A DNA stretch of 64,000 bases, from the NCBI GenBank assembly GCA_951406725.2, contig OX597824.1, positions 66,464,001-66,528,000 of the forward strand, read 5' to 3'. The notes beneath the pieces were generated by a model, which was given only the letters and a program-made list of their open reading frames with translations, searched no databases and had not been told where the DNA came from. Position numbers and translations under genes: made by a program. The stretch comes from Octopus vulgaris (lineage: Eukaryota). Positions within the stretch are counted from its first letter, which is position 1, and each line of letters begins with the position of its first letter. This document shows positions 62,901 to 64,000 of the stretch, piece after piece.

Positions 62901-63310
62901 TGGTGTCTTTCCTAAATACTATCAAACAATATAAAGAAAATATCGAACTAATTTCTCGTTAATGTAACAGAGAAATCAGCGAAATATACATCGACAAACA
63001 TCCTGGATTCTTTAAAAAGGAGACTTTACATTTCAAGTTCTAAACCAGAGTGGACATTAATTGGTTGATTTGTTCAGTTCCATATCCCCGTGCTATAGGC
63101 TCGTGCAAATAATAAGGATGCTAGAGTCAGCATCCTTAACAACAACTGTCACAACAATAATGTTAAGAATGTGGCAAGAACAGTATTTTAAAGGGCTGTT
63201 TTACATATACACATAATCACTACGATTTGACTCTGATCTTAAAAATAATTAAATAACCTGTAGATTAAACTCACTCGCGCTTTCGCTTCTCCGATATCTA
63301 AGTCCTCCAT
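5200..63310 (-). CDS. IFT43: Intraflagellar transport protein 43 (IFT-A subunit), complete 9-exon CDS: join(63275-63310, 55751-55804, 52178-52242, 47456-47488, 35450-35499, 29115-29187, 11762-11834, 8913-8975, 5200-5304); 552 nt, 183 aa
   Basis: Manual splicing gives an uninterrupted ORF: MEDLDIGEAKAR|IAKQGRRAAKSSQPNESQ|EEPVVEVKARVSGWVEDSNKNR|KSKNSSNILED|ERLRPKNILEEEESDSD|VAAIPELEDQPDEDLIPQVADAPM|VQISKVLTYRELDNDLKQAAFPSL|DNEVDLKMLTRCLLPESDLIE|EDKPWNWEQLFTEVSSEIANIKDKNSSSPITELL*. It matches remembered IFT43 motifs in order (AKxGRRA, GW, RLRP, IPxLE, QVAxxP, TYRxLDNDL, xDLKxLT, WxWxxLFTEVSSE). All 8 introns are GT-AG with matching phases 0,0,2,2,1,2,0,0. Confidence 0.95.
5918..7490. repeat. Inverted duplication, arms 5918-6269 and 7151-7490
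   Basis: Arms are reverse complements at roughly 90% identity (by eye), including non-SINE flank. Confidence 0.9.
8350..8712 (+). mobile_element. tRNA-derived SINE family A, near full length
   Basis: A-box-like TGGCTGTGTGG, B-box-like GGTTCAGTC, CORE-like ccttgggc(a/g)agt, internal (TA)n(TG)n, tail gactgaaacaagtaaaagag; many copies in the window. Confidence 0.85.
8913..8975 (-). CDS. IFT43: IFT43 coding exon 8 (DNEVDLKMLTRCLLPESDLIE)
   Basis: Acceptor ttattatttctcag|, donor GAG|gtgagc, 63 nt, phase 0-0; xDLKxLT motif. Confidence 0.96.
9620..10240 (-). mobile_element. RTE-clade LINE relic, AP-endonuclease region
   Basis: ORF 9896..10126 reads CCIQEVRWRG...IFWVGNSDGVAGMGTLLAEKW...VVRVSD, a typical APE N-terminal pattern; frameshifted and deleted. 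Confidence 0.8.
10830..11140. repeat. Diverged tandem repeat, about 2.3 units of 123-137 bp
   Basis: atagataa..aatgaa..ataat..taattataa.gagcg.ta recurs near 10832, 10969 and 11092; gcatggagtaaa recurs. Confidence 0.7.
11762..11834 (-). CDS. IFT43: IFT43 coding exon 7 (VQISKVLTYRELDNDLKQAAFPSL)
   Basis: Acceptor ctctttttccag|, donor CTG|gtaagt, 73 nt, phase 2-0; TYRELDNDL motif, partly visible in ORF 11612..11818. Confidence 0.96.
12404..12692 (+). mobile_element. tRNA-headed SINE-like element with a 3' hammerhead motif (family D), copy 1
   Basis: A box TGGCATAGTG, B box GAGTTCGATTCC, (AAC/AAT)n, then CTGAAGA-A-GGCTG..CAGCC-GAAA; 36-bp palindromic 5' end; second copy at 19865-20119. Confidence 0.75.
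13480..15300 (+). pseudogene. Decayed hAT transposase of the KIAA1586/ZNF862-like group
   Basis: Translated fragments SAYYLAQNNRP..H..LLELQ..N.IDIG..LHS and ORF 13979..14176 KISVLTDISTSLSIK.TLIVYLK; TSDG near 14234; ERGFS-like dimerisation remnant near 15175; many stops and frameshifts. Boundaries approximate. Confidence 0.7.
16336..16533 (-). mobile_element. Short Penelope-like-derived repeat with a variant hammerhead motif (family E), copy 1
   Basis: Inserted in the internal microsatellite of a family A SINE; similar to 16936-17125; minus strand tttCCGAAGAagagtgtctgctcGAAACATTaaac. Confidence 0.55.
16936..17125 (-). mobile_element. Short Penelope-like-derived repeat with a variant hammerhead motif (family E), copy 2
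   Basis: Minus strand GTTT-CCGACGA-A-GAGC-TCC-GCTC-GAAACGTT-AAAC at 17047-17081. Confidence 0.6.
19865..20119 (+). mobile_element. tRNA-headed SINE-like element with a 3' hammerhead motif (family D), copy 2
   Basis: Aligns along its length with 12423-12692; CTGATGA at 20034-20040, GAAAC at 20062-20066. Confidence 0.75.
20648..21530. mobile_element. pogo/Tigger-like non-autonomous DNA transposon containing a nested family A SINE (about 20926-21306, minus)
   Basis: TA-CAGTAAT... / ...ATTACTG-TA termini and subterminal (c/t)gcga repeats; it splits an older SINE whose sequence resumes at 21531. Confidence 0.7.
22850..22995 (+). mobile_element. RTE/BovB-like RT fragment from a different subfamily
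   Basis: VPQDWIDAILISLYKSGPKDLCGNFR.I.LLSVVGKVLA.ILL, an RT domain 0/1 pattern. Confidence 0.7.
23351..23696. repeat. About 345-bp foldback palindrome next to (TA)n
   Basis: For example agattaggaaattaataattgtttattattaaca / tgttaataataaacaattattaacttcctaatct and ccagaggtaaaaagatgta / tacatctttttgcccctgg; central loop about 30 nt. Confidence 0.88.
24985..25386 (-). mobile_element. Solo RTE 3' UTR fragment with an internal ~30-40-bp tandem repeat
   Basis: Same 3' end as the RTE copies; gcctctgtga(g/a)gcccaatgcttgaaagg-like unit three times. Similar solo ends at about 17190-17350 and 23970-24110. Confidence 0.75.
25668..26925 (+). mobile_element. Full-length (1258 bp) but inactivated Tc1-like transposon with a DD36E triad
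   Basis: 30-bp TIRs with one mismatch (CAGGG(G/C)TTGGACAAAATAATGGAAACACCT), TA on both sides. Transposase runs from about 25857 (MTDLLDFQRGQIVGAR..FGVSRSTV) through VIFLDES, FQDDNAPIH and WPP*SPDLNITEHLW, with stops and frameshifts. Confidence 0.92.
27960..28295. repeat. (GAT)n-rich low-complexity tract
   Basis: Imperfect GAT/GGT repeats; source of the poly-His/Ser ORF 27934..28317. Confidence 0.85.
29115..29187 (-). CDS. IFT43: IFT43 coding exon 6 (DVAAIPELEDQPDEDLIPQVADAP)
   Basis: Acceptor cttgcactctacag|, donor AT|gtaggt, 73 nt, phase 1-2; core IPxLE...QVA motif. Confidence 0.95.
29527..29946 (-). mobile_element. tRNA-derived SINE family A
   Basis: Reverse complement of the 8350-8712 element, full length. 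Confidence 0.85.
30480..31069. repeat. Inverted repeat, arms 30480-30576 and 30972-31069
   Basis: About 97-bp arms are reverse complements with scattered mismatches. Confidence 0.88.
32898..34900 (-). mobile_element. 5'-truncated, decayed RTE LINE (RT, PHD-like finger, 3' UTR, (GAT)n tail)
   Basis: ORFs 34483..34788 (QFGF.PGKSTTDA...DMEKAFDRV), 33995..34255 and 33790..34029; YADD near 34300; homologous to 48085-50488. Confidence 0.93.
35450..35499 (-). CDS. IFT43: IFT43 coding exon 5 (ERLRPKNILEEEESDS)
   Basis: Acceptor ttttttcccatattttttag|, donor G|gttagt, 50 nt, phase 2-1; RLRP motif followed by an acidic patch. Confidence 0.92.
36823..37632 (+). mobile_element. 3'-truncated Tc1/mariner element, maT (DD37D)-like transposase
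   Basis: Starts TA-CCGGGTG; HTH-like LGVNLRTVQRI; WFFSDEKHF..QN, IMVFGVITSDG..PFIF..GLRLN..YI..L..VMLPW. It breaks off before the second Asp, so the triad spacing cannot be read. Confidence 0.75.
41405..41717 (-). mobile_element. tRNA-derived SINE family C
   Basis: Minus-strand head has A box TGGCCCAGTGG and B box GGTTTCGATTCC; its 3' part recurs at 16191-16310 (+) and about 36530-36640 (-). Confidence 0.8.
43868..44087. mobile_element. piggyBac-like MITE, copy 2
   Basis: TTAA flanks (43864-43867, 44088-44091), TIR CCCTTTTGTTAC / GTAACGAAAGGG, aligns end to end with 3131-3351. Confidence 0.85.
45301..45616. repeat. Perfect 157-bp tandem duplication (2 copies)
   Basis: 45301-45457 appears identical to 45458-45614; CC microhomology at the junction. 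Confidence 0.92.
45918..46405 (-). mobile_element. Highly decayed RTE RT fragment
   Basis: Minus-strand PCTLCRKGVG.NSI and DSFYQLGD remnants matching the RTE copies; interrupted by a family B SINE at about 46412-46645. Confidence 0.6.
47456..47488 (-). CDS. IFT43: IFT43 coding exon 4 (33-nt mini-exon, KSKNSSNILED)
   Basis: Long polypyrimidine acceptor tttttttttcctctttttgtag|, donor GA|gtaagt, phase 2-2; links exons 3 and 5 in frame. Confidence 0.85.
48085..50488 (+). mobile_element. 5'-truncated RTE LINE (RT, PHD-like finger, 3' UTR, (GAT)n tail), inactivated
   Basis: ORFs 48061..48363, 48400..48840 (KAHGPSGI..NYRGIKLL..STTDAIF..DLEKAFDRV), LLYADD at about 49053-49070, 49119..49415 and 49551..49802; in-frame stops; ends gttaaacgatgatgatga-like. 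Preceded by another RTE 3' UTR copy at about 47740-48060. Confidence 0.95.
51688..52144 (-). mobile_element. tRNA-derived SINE family A, about 34 nt from the IFT43 exon 3 donor
   Basis: Full-length match to the other family A copies. Confidence 0.85.
52178..52242 (-). CDS. IFT43: IFT43 coding exon 3 (EEPVVEVKARVSGWVEDSNKNR)
   Basis: Acceptor ttttattgcag|, donor CG|gtaagc, 65 nt, phase 0-2; conserved GW motif. Confidence 0.9.
54670..55078. mobile_element. Diverged related piggyBac-like MITE interrupted by a family B SINE (about 54790-54990)
   Basis: Left end CCCTTTCATAACCAACCC and right end tttcaacagaaatttggtagcaagaggg resemble the MITE at 3131 and 43868. Confidence 0.55.
55751..55804 (-). 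CDS. IFT43: IFT43 coding exon 2 (IAKQGRRAAKSSQPNESQ)
   Basis: Acceptor tttttgttttcccag|, donor CAG|gtaatt, 54 nt, phase 0-0; conserved AKxGRRA motif. Confidence 0.92.
56128..56857 (+). mobile_element. AT-rich non-autonomous element carrying a hammerhead ribozyme (Penelope pLTR or retrozyme-like), inserted in (TA)n
   Basis: Bounded on both sides by long (TA)n inside a family A SINE whose halves (about 55855-56067 and 56912-57080) are contiguous; contains the motif at 56562-56671. Confidence 0.7.
56562..56671 (+). ncRNA. Type I hammerhead ribozyme motif with a long stem II and palindromic stem III
   Basis: TCT-CTGAAGA(56565-56571)-GGC[~80-nt hairpin]GCC-GAAAC-AGCT-GTC(cleavage after 56668)-AGA; all conserved core nucleotides present. 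Confidence 0.8.
58494..58930 (-). mobile_element. tRNA-derived SINE family A with a ~30-bp tandem duplication of its 5' head
   Basis: Full-length match; ttaccacacagccact(g/c)ctgcacctat occurs twice at about 58872-58930. Confidence 0.85.
63275..63310 (-). CDS. IFT43: IFT43 coding exon 1 (MEDLDIGEAKAR)
   Basis: ATG in AAAAC-ATG-G context; donor CGA|gtgagt, phase 0; MEDL start like vertebrate IFT43; X-box 22 nt upstream. Confidence 0.88.
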
Positions 63311-63332
63311 GTTTTATTTATATACATGGCCG

Positions 63333-63345
63333 GTTGCCTGGGGAC
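63333..63345. promoter_or_regulatory. RFX-binding X-box in the IFT43 promoter or 5' UTR
   Basis: GTTGCCTGGGGAC (minus strand GTCCCCAGGCAAC): one perfect half site (GGCAAC) and one degenerate half of GTNRCC-N(0-3)-RGYAAC, 22 nt upstream of the ATG of a ciliary gene. An extra GGTAAC half site lies at 63391-63396. Confidence 0.75.
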
Positions 63346-63486
63346 GAGACTAAGGGAGGTCACTGTTGTTGTTGAGAAGGTACCAAGAGAGGTAACTGCT
63401 ATAGTTCATTTTTTTTTTTTTTTTTTACCGCTGGAGACGATTATAGTTATGGTGTTAGTATTATCTGTTGGAATTATACTACAGAC

Positions 63487-64000
63487 AAGACGGCGAGCTG
63501 GCAGAAACGTTAGCACGCCGGTCGAAATGCTTAGCGGTATTTCGTCTGCGTTACGTTGTGAGTTCAAATTCTGCCGAGGTCGACTTTGCCTTTCATCCTT
63601 TCGGGGTCGATAAATTAAGTACCAGTTACGCACTGGGGTCGATGTAATCGACTTGATACCTATGTCTGTCCTTGTTTGTTCCTTCTGTGTTTAGCCCCTT
63701 GTGGGTAATAAAGAAATAGGTATTTCGTCTGCCGCTACGTTCTGAGTTCAAATTCGATATAATCGACTTAATCCGTTTGTTTGTCCTTATTCGTTCCCCT
63801 CGGTGTTTAACCCCTTGTGGGTAGTAAAGAAATAGGTATTTCGTCTGTCTTTACGTTCTGAGTTCAAATTCCGCTGAGGTCGACTTTGCTTTCATCTTTT
63901 CGGGGTCGATAAATTAAGTACCAGTTGCGTACCGTGATCGATCTAATCGACTGGCCCCCTCTCCAAAAATTTCAGACCTTGTGCCTAGAGTAGAAAGAAA
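63487..64000 (+). mobile_element. Tandem and partial family B SINE copies immediately upstream of the IFT43 promoter, CpG-rich
   Basis: Head ggcgagctggcagaaacgttagc, B-box-like GAGTTCAAATTC, core gtcgactttgcctttcatcctttcggggtcgataaattaagtaccagt repeated. Confidence 0.85.

Overview
AT-rich, repeat-dense animal genomic DNA. The SINE, RTE-LINE and microsatellite content points to a coleoid cephalopod, most likely Octopus (inference). The window holds one complete protein-coding gene that the ORF track almost entirely misses: IFT43 (intraflagellar transport complex A subunit). It lies on the minus strand in 9 short coding exons (63310 to 5200; 552 nt, 183 aa) with consistent GT-AG splice sites and phases, and has an RFX X-box just upstream of the ATG. 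The introns contain tRNA-derived SINEs, decayed RTE LINEs with a PHD-type finger inside the RT, a full-length but dead DD36E Tc1-like element, a truncated maT-like element, a KIAA1586/ZNF862-like hAT relic, and mariner-, pogo- and piggyBac-type MITEs. The most unusual observations are three different non-autonomous elements carrying hammerhead-ribozyme motifs (one with an intact core and a long stem II, one a tRNA-headed SINE with an inverted 5' end), four local inverted repeats that would form long dsRNA in the IFT43 pre-mRNA, and a CpG-retaining spliced-looking segment antisense within intron 4. All coordinates and alignments were read by eye.
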